From positions 158,516 to 189,857 of the forward strand of contig JBOEGD010000014.1 in the NCBI GenBank assembly GCA_050633245.1: a stretch of 31,342 nucleotides of DNA, written 5' to 3'. Made by a program: the position numbers and the translations under genes. Positions 19,316 through 28,047 of the stretch are shown piece after piece. Source of the DNA: Calditrichia bacterium (GTDB taxonomy: Bacteria > Calditrichota > Calditrichia > RBG-13-44-9 > J075). Under the pieces are notes generated by a model. The model was given only the letters and a program-made list of their open reading frames with translations. It did no database searches and had not been told where the DNA came from. Within the stretch, counting starts at the first letter, position 1, and every line of letters begins with the position of its first letter.

Positions 19316-20218
19316 ATGAATGCTAAACTGCGACTGACAGCTATTATAATGCTGCTCTCTACGCTAATTATATTTGCGCAAGATGAAGAGAAAAAAGAGA
19401 AACCGATCGGCTGGATAAATACCATGGTGGGCGGACTAAACTTTACGCAATCGAGCTTCAGCAACTGGGCTCAGGGTGGCGAGAACAACTGGACCAGCCA
19501 GCTGGATATTAATGGCGCAGCAGAATACAATCAGGAAAAATACAACTGGCTCAACTCGTTGAAGGTTCAGTATGGCGTGCAGGAAGTAGAAGATATCGGC
19601 AGTCGCAAAACTGTTGACGAAATTCGTCTTGAAAGTGTTGGAACCTATAAGGTAAGCAAGTATGTAAATCCTTATGCTGCCTTTAAAGCAGAGTCACAGT
19701 TTTCTCCTGGCTTCGACTATGATGAAGAGGGTACAGGGCTCCGCGTATCCAAGGCATTCAACCCACTGCGTCTAACCGAAAGTTTTGGTGTTGGTTACCA
19801 GCCAACGGACAATTTTAAAACCCGCGTTGGTTTTGCTTTCAAACAAACGCTTACCGGTGAGGATCGCTTTGCACTCATCTATACCGATTCCGATGCATCA
19901 AATGGAATTGACAGAACACTGGCAGAATATGGTTTTGAGTCTATTACCGATTATCAGCGCAAGGTTTTGGACAATGTTCTTTTTGTTACCAAGCTGGAAC
20001 TGTTCTCAACCTTTACGGATATTGAATTAGCGGCTGGCGTAGAACAACCGTCACTGTTCGAGCAAATTGACGTTCGGTGGGATGGTACTCTCAGTTCTCA
20101 GATCTCAAAATACTTAGCCGTTAGCTTTAACGCTCAAATGCTTTATGATCGGAATGTCAGCAAAAAGCGTCAGCTGAAGCAGGTGCTGGCAGCAGGGTTA
20201 ACATACACGTTCTTTTAA
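19316..20218 (+). CDS. DUF3078-like outer membrane beta-barrel
   Basis: Signal peptide; LNFTQSSFSNWAQGGEN motif; RKTVDEI; C-terminal GLTYTFF. Confidence 0.85.
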   Translation: MNAKLRLTAIIMLLSTLIIFAQDEEKKEKPIGWINTMVGGLNFTQSSFSNWAQGGENNWTSQLDINGAAEYNQEKYNWLNSLKVQYGVQEVEDIGSRKTVDEIRLESVGTYKVSKYVNPYAAFKAESQFSPGFDYDEEGTGLRVSKAFNPLRLTESFGVGYQPTDNFKTRVGFAFKQTLTGEDRFALIYTDSDASNGIDRTLAEYGFESITDYQRKVLDNVLFVTKLELFSTFTDIELAAGVEQPSLFEQIDVRWDGTLSSQISKYLAVSFNAQMLYDRNVSKKRQLKQVLAAGLTYTFF

Positions 20219-20258
20219 TGAACTGTGCGTAATAAATTTACGCAAACCGACCTCCCCC

Positions 20259-20295
20259 AAAAATCCTGTCTGGCTTCGGCCGGGCGGGATTTTTT
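20259..20295. terminator. Bidirectional terminator between convergent genes
   Basis: AAAAATCCTGTCTGGC-TTCG-GCCGGGCGGGATTTTTT. Confidence 0.85.
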
Positions 20296-20297
20296 AA

Positions 20298-21200
20298 CTA
20301 GAAGCCAGCCATGGCAACACGCAGTTTACCGGGAATGGCTTCGGCCGTTAAGGTTGCTGCAGAGTAATGTAGCTTTCCATCCGCATGAACCACGCCCTCC
20401 TCCTCACGATGCACAATAACCCGCTTCGTACGGAAAATCTCCACTTCGGGTAGCTTATCTATCGTTCCGTTAAACAAGCGCGGGAGATTTAATATGGCCT
20501 TCCAGGTTGGCAGGCTATTCACGACACACACGTTTAACATGCCATCATTCAGTGAAGCCTCTGGCGCAATAATCGCCTGATTACCAAACTGTGGCAAATT
20601 AGCCAAACAGACCATTAACGGGCGACGTTCTAAATACTTACCTTCGAATTGAAGCGTAATCTTTTGTGGATAAGACCGAAAAAATTGACGCATGGCTCGC
20701 CAATAGTAAGGAAGAACGCCAATCATGCGATTTTGATTATATCGAAATGCGATGTCGGCCGTTAAGCCGGCACCGGCAACATTCAGGAAGTAATGTTTAT
20801 CTATTCGCCCAATATCAACTGCAACGAATTCGGGAGTTTGCAATGCTGTAATGGCCTTTCGCTGATCGAGTGGTAATTTCAAATTGCGCGCAAAGCCATT
20901 AGCTGCTCCGGCGGGAATTACCCCCAAAGCGGTTTTGCTTCCGAGCAGACCCTGAGCAATCTCACTAATCATATTGTCATCGCCAACAGCAACAACCATT
21001 TCAACTCCGGACGCAGCAGCCAATTCTGCAAGCTCTACACCATGTCCCTGATGAGCTACTTTGAATATCTCGTATTCGATTCCGGCATCAGCCCACATCT
21101 TTTCAATCATACGCACGATTTGGCCGGGCTTACGATTGAATCCGCTGGTCGGATCGACGATAAAACTGACGCGCTTTAATTTCTTTTTTACGGACAGCAT
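20298..21200 (-). CDS. Diacylglycerol/lipid kinase family protein (YegS/BmrU-like) with degenerate motifs
   Basis: Fold motifs recognisable (LGVIPAG...N.FAR.L, IDIG, F.NVAG.G, N.PQFG...IAP.A...DG.L), but GGDG reads GDDN and DGE reads DGK. Confidence 0.85.
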   Translation of the reverse strand: MLSVKKKLKRVSFIVDPTSGFNRKPGQIVRMIEKMWADAGIEYEIFKVAHQGHGVELAELAAASGVEMVVAVGDDNMISEIAQGLLGSKTALGVIPAGAANGFARNLKLPLDQRKAITALQTPEFVAVDIGRIDKHYFLNVAGAGLTADIAFRYNQNRMIGVLPYYWRAMRQFFRSYPQKITLQFEGKYLERRPLMVCLANLPQFGNQAIIAPEASLNDGMLNVCVVNSLPTWKAILNLPRLFNGTIDKLPEVEIFRTKRVIVHREEEGVVHADGKLHYSAATLTAEAIPGKLRVAMAGF

Positions 21201-21417
21201 AGAGGAATAACTCCTTCATGAAGGTTCAGATTTAAAGAGTGAGTAGTGAACGGAGAACGGTGAAAAGGGCAGTAAGGCAGTAAGGCAGTCTAATCCTGTC
21301 GTTTGTTAGTTGCCGTTTGCTTTGGCGCCCACTCTCACACTTACCGCGTCACCCACTCGGTGTTCGGTATTCTGAGTTCTGTAGTTATACAGGCAGACAC
21401 GAATAGATCTGATTAAA

Positions 21418-22353
21418 TCAGGAGGAGTGAATGGCAATAATTTTGTCGGCAATTTCAGTCGGGTCAGATTCCGGTGTTACAGACACCCAGTTTTGCGATT
21501 TGTCAGCTCGCAGCCAAGTCAATTGACGCTTGGCATAGCGTCGGGTATTGCGCTTAATCAACTCTTCGCACTTATCCAGATCAATGGTGCCATTGAGGTA
21601 TTGAATCACCTCTTTGTACCCCACCGAGTTAAGTGCGTTTAAGTCGGAGGAGTATCCCATCTCCAAAACAGCTTTTACTTCATCGACCAAACCATCTTTC
21701 AGCATGTTTTTTACACGACGGTTGGTGCGGCGATAAAGCAGTTCCCGATCCATTATTAAGCTAAACTTTGTCCATTTAAATGGGGCTGGATCACGATTCT
21801 CTTTACGTATTTCTGAAATAGATTTTCCAGAGGCATAAAAAACCTCCAAAGCGCGTACGGTACGAAAGGCATTGTTCGGATGACTCTTCTGCGCAGATTC
21901 CGGGTCGACGCGCTGTAGTTCTGCAAATAGCGCATCGGCTCCCTCATCCTCCAGCCGCCGCTGCAACTCTTCTCGTATTTTCGGATATTTTTCATCATTC
22001 TTTATAAATCCATCCAGTACACCTTTTACATATAACCCGGATCCACCAACCAATAATGGGATTTTATTACGCGCATAAATATCCGTAATCACCTCACGCG
22101 CATCCAGACCAAACTGCCCGGCACTGTAGTCTTCATCGGGATTTAAAATATCGATAAAGTGATGCGGCACGGCCGCCAGCTCTTCGACAGAGGGCTTGGC
22201 TGTTCCAATATCCATATAGCGATATATTTGACGGGAATCGGCAGAGACAATCTCGACCGGAAGTTTTTTAGCAATAGCTAACGACACCGCGGTTTTACCG
22301 ATAGCGGTTGGACCGGAGATGACGATAACGGGATGGGATTGATCATTGATCAT
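21418..22353 (-). CDS. miaA: tRNA (adenosine(37)-N6)-dimethylallyltransferase
   Basis: GPTAIGKT; SADSRQIY..MDIGTAKP; VGGSGLY; RALEV; GYKE; TRRYAKRQLTW; follows mutL. Confidence 0.97.
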   Translation of the reverse strand: MINDQSHPVIVISGPTAIGKTAVSLAIAKKLPVEIVSADSRQIYRYMDIGTAKPSVEELAAVPHHFIDILNPDEDYSAGQFGLDAREVITDIYARNKIPLLVGGSGLYVKGVLDGFIKNDEKYPKIREELQRRLEDEGADALFAELQRVDPESAQKSHPNNAFRTVRALEVFYASGKSISEIRKENRDPAPFKWTKFSLIMDRELLYRRTNRRVKNMLKDGLVDEVKAVLEMGYSSDLNALNSVGYKEVIQYLNGTIDLDKCEELIKRNTRRYAKRQLTWLRADKSQNWVSVTPESDPTEIADKIIAIHSS

Positions 22354-22401
22354 TGATTATTGACTATTGAATTGATGAATTATGATTGATGAATTATGAT
22401 T
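22339..22401. repeat. Heptamer tandem repeat overlapping the miaA start
   Basis: TTGATCA TTGATCA TTGATTA TTGACTA ... GATGAAT TATGATT GATGAAT TATGATT. Confidence 0.75.
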
Positions 22402-22532
22402 CGGCTTCCGGCTTCTTGTCACCCGCTCTCCCCGTAACCCATAAGCTCCGAAGGAGCGCCCCATCAGTGAAACGCCCTATAAAAATTGCGCTCTGGCTTC
22501 AACTCCGCTCACCCGCTCGCCTTGTCGCTCGC

Positions 22533-24353
22533 TCATCTCTTAAACCGCCTATCAAGCTCTTCGGTATCCAACGTGACCACAACCGGACGACCGTGCGGAC
22601 AAAAATAGGGTTCCTTTGTGGCAAACAGTTGGTTAATCAGGCTAAGCATGGCTTCCTGCGTCAGCGTTTCACCAGAGCGGATGCAGTTTTTATTGGCGTA
22701 AGCCGCAGCAATCTTTTCATTATGTTCGTAGCGACCACCGCTGTTCTCACGATAAAAATCGATAATATCCAGCAGGATCTTCGCCTCATTGCCAACGCGA
22801 ACGTCAGTGGGTATCGCTTCAATAACAATGGTGCGGCCGCTGAGCTGATTTATGGCAAAGCCAATCTTTTGCAGCCACTCATCAATCTCTTTGAAGATCA
22901 GAAAATCTTCCAGAGGAAGATCAATCGTTTGCGGAAATAACAGTTGCTGCGCAGCCGGTCGGCGGCCATCTTCAAGCTGCTTCAGAACCTGCTCATACAA
23001 AATACGCTCATGTGCCACCTGCTGATCGATAATAACCAGTCCGCTTTTTATCTGCGAGAAGATGTAACGTTTATGCACCTGCCACAGCGTGCCGACAGCC
23101 TCATCCTTCGGCGTCTGACCTTCAGATTCTGGTGGAGCTTGAACGGATGTCTTTGGCTTCAGATCCTCCGGCAGCGGTTTGTATTCAATACTGGTTTGCG
23201 CCTGCTCAGGTGGCAACGGTCGTTTTTCCGGCTCAACCGGAGCAAAATTTGTTGGTCGCGGTGGCGTAATCGAGGCAGACTTAAAGCTGCTCTCCTTACT
23301 AAAGTCCGATAGGCGTGCTCGCAGGTCGGTCGAGACATCCTTTTTCATATCAATCGATGGCACACCGCCGCCGGACTGTATTGCTTCGCGTATTGCCGAC
23401 AAGAATAAATGGTAAATGGCCTGATCATTGGCGAAGCGCACCTCCAGCTTCTTCGGGTGCACATTAATATCTACGCGATCAGGAGGCACTTCCAGAAACA
23501 GCACATATTGCGAGTAACGACCGCGTTCAATCAGATTTCCATAGCCCTGATGAATAGCATGCGACATGCTGCGACTGACAATCGCACGATTATTCAAGAA
23601 CATAAACTGATTGGCGGAATTGCCACGCGTTTTATCCGGACGACAGGCAAAACCACTCAACTGAATATCACCCAGCGTTTCGCGCACCGGCACCAGCGTA
23701 TTGAAAAAGGCCTTACCCATGGCTCCGGCAATGCGATCTTCCAGCGAAGCGGCAGGGAGATTATACAGTTCTTCACCGTCGCGGATCAGCACAAAATGCA
23801 CCTGCGGAAAAGACAGGAAGAAGCGCTTCATCCAGTTGTGGATATGATTGAATTCTGTATTGTCGGCGCGCAGGAAATTGCGCCGCGCAGGCGTATTAAA
23901 GAACAAATTGCGAATGGCAATCGACGTCCCAATGTTAAACGGAATTTTTTCGGTGGGATGCACCTTGCCGCCATCCATCAGAATGCGGCTGCCCACCGGC
24001 TCATTTTCAGTACGCGTTTTAATCTCCACCCGCGACACCGAAGCAATGCTCGGCAGCGCCTCACCGCGAAACCCCAGCGTTAGAATCTTATCGAGATCTT
24101 CCACTTCGGCGATCTTGCTGGTGGCGTGGCGCTCAAAAGCCAAAAGTACATCCTCATCGGTCATACCGATGCCGTCATCAATTACCTGAATCAGCTCTTT
24201 GCCAGCCTTCTCGATGACCACAGTAATTTTAGCAGAACCGGCATCGAGTGCATTCTCGACCAGCTCCTTTACAACCGCGGCAGGACGATCGACCACCTCT
24301 CCGGCAGCGATTTTATTGGCGATATGTGGTGGTAAAACAGTGATAGAAGACAT
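22533..24353 (-). CDS. mutL: DNA mismatch repair endonuclease MutL
   Basis: IAAGEVVDRPAAVVKELVENALDAG; HATSKI; GFRGEAL; DINVHP; DQQVAHERILYE; CPHGRP. Confidence 0.98.
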   Translation of the reverse strand: MSSITVLPPHIANKIAAGEVVDRPAAVVKELVENALDAGSAKITVVIEKAGKELIQVIDDGIGMTDEDVLLAFERHATSKIAEVEDLDKILTLGFRGEALPSIASVSRVEIKTRTENEPVGSRILMDGGKVHPTEKIPFNIGTSIAIRNLFFNTPARRNFLRADNTEFNHIHNWMKRFFLSFPQVHFVLIRDGEELYNLPAASLEDRIAGAMGKAFFNTLVPVRETLGDIQLSGFACRPDKTRGNSANQFMFLNNRAIVSRSMSHAIHQGYGNLIERGRYSQYVLFLEVPPDRVDINVHPKKLEVRFANDQAIYHLFLSAIREAIQSGGGVPSIDMKKDVSTDLRARLSDFSKESSFKSASITPPRPTNFAPVEPEKRPLPPEQAQTSIEYKPLPEDLKPKTSVQAPPESEGQTPKDEAVGTLWQVHKRYIFSQIKSGLVIIDQQVAHERILYEQVLKQLEDGRRPAAQQLLFPQTIDLPLEDFLIFKEIDEWLQKIGFAINQLSGRTIVIEAIPTDVRVGNEAKILLDIIDFYRENSGGRYEHNEKIAAAYANKNCIRSGETLTQEAMLSLINQLFATKEPYFCPHGRPVVVTLDTEELDRRFKR

Positions 24354-24475
24354 TGAATATTGACCAGTGGCAATTGAAATGATGGATTAGTATTGATGAT
24401 CTATGATTTATGAATCATGATTAAAAAGACAGATTTTCATTTTTTATCACGCTAAGCCCTTGGCTGTTGCACCGA

Positions 24476-24645
24476 GTCCCTTCGTTTGTCACACCGAGCG
24501 GAGTCGAGGTGCTCAGTATAAACTCCGTCGAAGCGCTTGCAGCAGATAAAAATCGGCAATTTACATACGGCAAATACAAAACGGCAATTTACAGACGGCA
24601 GCTTTTTCTGACCGTCTCTCACTGCCTCTCACCGCTTCTGACATC
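24476..24645. repeat. REP-like palindrome remnant plus 14-bp-period repeats
   Basis: GTCACACCGAGCGGAGTCGAGGTG and CTCCGTCGAAG; ACGGCAAWTTAC-type units at about 24549-24601; TCTCACYGC-type units at about 24606-24645. Confidence 0.5.
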
Positions 24646-24829
24646 TAACAGCGAAGCGATCTGTCTTCTGTATTTGATGAATTTACGGCTGATAAGAGAA
24701 GAAATCAAACGGCGAAGGAAGTTTTCGGTTGTTTGTAAGGTTTGACAGTGTTCTAGAACGAACATACGGAAATTGATTAAGGCGGCTTTTTTAAGATGCC
24801 TGGCGGCGATATAATCAAGTCGTTTGAAC

Positions 24830-24942
24830 GCGGCTATCGATCTCTTGCTTTCTCAAAATAAGCCCTTTATATTCCCAAACAAACTCAATCCAACTTTAAC
24901 AAATAATCTCAATAAAAGGCAATTGCTGATATTGGGAATGTT
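24830..24942 (+). promoter_or_regulatory. Repeated module copy 1: sigma-70 promoter + attI-like site
   Basis: TTGCTT(24845)-N17-TATATT(24868); TTAACAAATA...GCAATTG..GATATTGGGAAT-GTT(24940). Confidence 0.75.
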
Positions 24943-24965
24943 GTACGCAATTAAAAGAAAACCAT

Positions 24966-26402
24966 ATGAAACCTAAAATATTCATTGGATCTTCAGTTGA
25001 AGGATTAAGCATTGCTTATTCAATACAACAAAATTTAACCCATGATGCTGAAATTACAGTTTGGGATCAAGGTGTTTTTGAGTTATCAAGTACAACCATT
25101 GAATCCTTAGTAAAAATTTTGGAGAATTCAGACTTTGGCATTTTTGTTTTTAGTAATGACGATATTACTAAAATTAGAGATAAAGAACTTGAAACTATTA
25201 GAGATAATGTACTATTTGAATTTGGATTGTTTATTGGCAAACTATCAAGAGAACGTGTTTATTTTGTAATACCTTCAGATACAGAATTGCATTTACCTAC
25301 AGATTTACTAGGAATAACTCCAGGGAAGTTTGACCCTAATAGGGAAGATGGGAGTTTACAAGCTGCAACGGGTGCTGTTTCTAATCAGATACGACTTATG
25401 ATGAAGAAACTTGGTAAAATTAATCCAGATGATGCCGACCCTTCTTCATCAGACAGGTCATCCAGGATAATTGATAAAGATAATGCATGGCATGATGATT
25501 TTCTAAACAAAAAGTATGTCGATGCACAAAAAAAATTAAAAGCACTAATAAAGAAAACAAAAGAGCCTGAAGAAAAGGTAGAAAATGAGTTATGGTCGCT
25601 TTATTGTGATATGAAAAATAATGAGCAAGAAGGCATAAAGTTATTGGATAAGTATTTAAAAAAGAACTACGAAAATATTAGGATACATAAGGGTGTAGCG
25701 AGAATTTATATGTGGGAAGACTATCTAGATAAATCAAGTGATATTCTTAGTACTGCAATTGAGAAATTCAATTCTGACCCTTCATTAATTTTAGTATTGT
25801 CACAATGCTATAAAAAATCATACAGCATTGACAAGTCGATACAACTTCTTAAAGATCATAAGCCTACGGAAAATCCAGATATTGCGGTTGAGATTGTAAC
25901 CTTATTAATGGAGGAGAATGAGTATCATGAAGCAAGAGCAATCATTCATGAAACGTATAATAAATATCCGAATAATGAAAATGTAAAATATAAATATGCT
26001 CTGCTTGCCATTGAATTAGAGGAAAATGAAATAGCTCTATTTTTACTTAATTCTCTTACGATTGAATTTGATAACAATTCGTCCTATTGGGGTTATCTAA
26101 GCAATACAGCAGTACAACTAGATTTTTATGATTTAGCACTTTCTGCCTGCCGTAAGGCTGAAGACTTGTCTAATTCTAAGGAGGAATGGATAAAGTCAAA
26201 CATCGGTAATATGCTTAAAAATAAAGGGTTTTATACTGAAAGTATTGAATACTTTGAAAAGGGAATTGGGTTAGATAAAAGCTCAGACTATGCACATGAA
26301 AGATTAGCTTCTGCTTTAAAACTGAAAGAAGAAGAAAATAAAAAAGTTCAAACTTCAATTAAATCGGGTTTAAAACAAATTAGAGAATATATTCGAGAAT
26401 AA
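24966..26402 (+). CDS. Cap12/Pycsar-type TIR domain fused to TPR repeats; candidate anti-phage NADase
   Basis: KPKIFIGSSVEGL...VWDQGVF...TIESL...DFGIFVFSNDD...RDNVLFEFGLFIGKLSRER...PTDLLG; C-terminal TPR-like helical repeats. Confidence 0.85.
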   Translation: MKPKIFIGSSVEGLSIAYSIQQNLTHDAEITVWDQGVFELSSTTIESLVKILENSDFGIFVFSNDDITKIRDKELETIRDNVLFEFGLFIGKLSRERVYFVIPSDTELHLPTDLLGITPGKFDPNREDGSLQAATGAVSNQIRLMMKKLGKINPDDADPSSSDRSSRIIDKDNAWHDDFLNKKYVDAQKKLKALIKKTKEPEEKVENELWSLYCDMKNNEQEGIKLLDKYLKKNYENIRIHKGVARIYMWEDYLDKSSDILSTAIEKFNSDPSLILVLSQCYKKSYSIDKSIQLLKDHKPTENPDIAVEIVTLLMEENEYHEARAIIHETYNKYPNNENVKYKYALLAIELEENEIALFLLNSLTIEFDNNSSYWGYLSNTAVQLDFYDLALSACRKAEDLSNSKEEWIKSNIGNMLKNKGFYTESIEYFEKGIGLDKSSDYAHERLASALKLKEEENKKVQTSIKSGLKQIREYIRE

Positions 26403-26406
26403 CTGC

Positions 26407-26538
26407 ATACAACATTTTGTATAAGTCATGGCAAGGAAAGTGCTTAATATCAAGGTTTGTAGCTCGCTCAAACGGTGTAGCGGCTTGATTGGATATTATC
26501 ACGTAATCTACCACTACTCATACAATTTACCGTTACCG
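26407..26538 (+). mobile_element. attC site of the TIR-TPR cassette
   Basis: R'' ATACAAC; arms TTGTATAAGT(26417-26)/ACTCATACAA(26516-25); R' GTTACCG; TAACTGCATACAAC is 12/14 complementary to cassette start GTTGTACGCAATTA(24940). Confidence 0.8.
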
Positions 26539-26656
26539 ATAGCATCGAGCTATGCATGCCCCCTTTAACAAATCAGCAGCCTACCGATTAAAACCATTCT
26601 CTCCTCTCACCTTCCATAAGCAGCAACAAGACTATCCGCTTTTTACAAACCGAAAT

Positions 26657-26763
26657 GCAACCATCGGCCTTTTTGCTTTTACACAATAGAGCCTCTATAT
26701 TTCTAAATAATCGCACCTCATGATTAACAAATAGCCCAAGCAACTGTGGATATTGGCCATGTT
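26657..26763 (+). promoter_or_regulatory. Repeated module copy 2: sigma-70 promoter + attI-like site
   Basis: TTGCTT(26673)-N17-TATATT(26696); TTAACAAATAG...GCAACTG..GATATTGGCCAT-GTT(26761). Confidence 0.75.
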
Positions 26764-26794
26764 ATGAGCAATTCAAAAAAATGAACCATTCTGA

Positions 26795-27838
26795 ATGAAT
26801 ATGACAAAAGAAAAAATAAAACAAATCCTCAGAATAGTATTTATTATAGCAAGCATATCCTCCCTGTTCTTTGTGCCATGGCTGTTGGTTAAGGCGTGGA
26901 TACTTCCGTTACCGGATACGGTTCAAGAGCAGTTAGATGAAGCCATTGGTCATGGATTTGACGGAATGATTGTTTACGTAGACCAGGCTGGTAAACCACC
27001 GCAGTATTTTGCTTCCGGATGGCACGATCGAGAATCCAAGATACCTGCTAATCCTCACGCACTATTTAAGATTGCAAGCATCAGTAAGCTATATGATGCT
27101 GTAGCTGTTACCAAACTGGTTGGTGATGAACGTCTTTCTTTGGATAAAACCATCGCAGATTATTTACCGGAGCTTGTGGGAAGAATCGAAAATTCAGACA
27201 AAATCACCTTGCGGTTGATGATACAACATAGAAGTGGCATACCCAATTTTACAGACGCTCCAAATTTTTGGGCAGCTCCAACAGAAACCTATGAAGAAAG
27301 CCTTGCACTGATTCAGGACAAGCCGGCCAACTTTGAACCCGGTGAAGACTATGAATATTGTAATACGAATTATCTTTTAATCAATAAAATAATGGATGAT
27401 ACACTGGGTTATGGGAACTTTCAATTCATTCAGGAAGAGATACTAATACCGCTAAATCTTAACCATACCTTCAGTTCGCTAAGTGAAGTAAATATAGACG
27501 ATGTGATGAGTGGCTATCATGTTGGATATCCCCATGATTTAAAGACTAACGATTATGGCATGCATGCCACAGCAGAAGACGTGGGCACTTTCCTAAGAGC
27601 ATTAAACGATGGATCATTGTTTGAACCAGGAGAACAGGAAATATATGCGTCTATTTATGAGTATGAGCATTCGGGTTGGGTGCCGGGATACCAGAGTTTC
27701 GCAAAATATGACAAAGACCTTGATGCTGTTATTATTGAGTTCTACAGCACAACCGATCCTAAACTGTACAATTGGAACCTGTCTGAAATCATAAATAATA
27801 GAATTGTTAAAATACTAAAAAAGAAAAAAAGCTCATAA
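26795..27838 (+). CDS. Serine hydrolase, beta-lactamase/PBP-like (AmpC-related) family
   Basis: SISK (SxxK), YCN (YxN), HSG; HRSGI; N-terminal TM helix. Confidence 0.9.
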   Translation: MNMTKEKIKQILRIVFIIASISSLFFVPWLLVKAWILPLPDTVQEQLDEAIGHGFDGMIVYVDQAGKPPQYFASGWHDRESKIPANPHALFKIASISKLYDAVAVTKLVGDERLSLDKTIADYLPELVGRIENSDKITLRLMIQHRSGIPNFTDAPNFWAAPTETYEESLALIQDKPANFEPGEDYEYCNTNYLLINKIMDDTLGYGNFQFIQEEILIPLNLNHTFSSLSEVNIDDVMSGYHVGYPHDLKTNDYGMHATAEDVGTFLRALNDGSLFEPGEQEIYASIYEYEHSGWVPGYQSFAKYDKDLDAVIIEFYSTTDPKLYNWNLSEIINNRIVKILKKKKSS

Positions 27839-27848
27839 TATTTTGTAG
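27831..27848 (+). mobile_element. Truncated, degenerate attC (left half only)
   Basis: GCTCATAAT complements cassette start GTTATGAGC (AAC changed to AAT), followed by ATTTTGTA as in the first attC, then no partner arm. Confidence 0.6.
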
Positions 27849-27921
27849 CAGAGAATGGGACCGTATTTCGTTCCCATGATCAAAAGCAAGTACGCTCAGG
27901 TAATGACAACGTTTTGATAAT

Positions 27922-28032
27922 GCGACTATCGCTCTCTTGCATTCCCACAACAGGCCCTTTATATTTCTAAATAACCGTACTTCTTAATTAACAAATAGCC
28001 CCAAAAGCGCAATTGCAGATATTGGGACTGTT
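27922..28032 (+). promoter_or_regulatory. Repeated module copy 3: sigma-70 promoter + attI-like site
   Basis: TTGCAT(27937)-N17-TATATT(27960); TTAACAAATAG...GCAATTG..GATATTGGGACT-GTT(28030). Confidence 0.75.
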
Positions 28033-28047
28033 AGAGGTAATTAATAA

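Noticed and set aside
22386-24335. Plus-strand ORFs opposite mutL
   Set aside because: Antisense shadows of a highly conserved gene
24354-24830. intI gene or remnant between mutL and the array, including ORF 24467-24745
   Set aside because: No tyrosine-recombinase motifs; the ORF runs through a REP-like palindrome and short repeats
26795-27838. Antibiotic-resistance beta-lactamase
   Set aside because: Motifs only place it in the broad serine hydrolase/PBP-like family; beta-lactam hydrolysis cannot be inferred
24830-28032. Three ~110-bp repeats as a CRISPR array
   Set aside because: Too long and diverged, separated by whole genes, and no cas genes present
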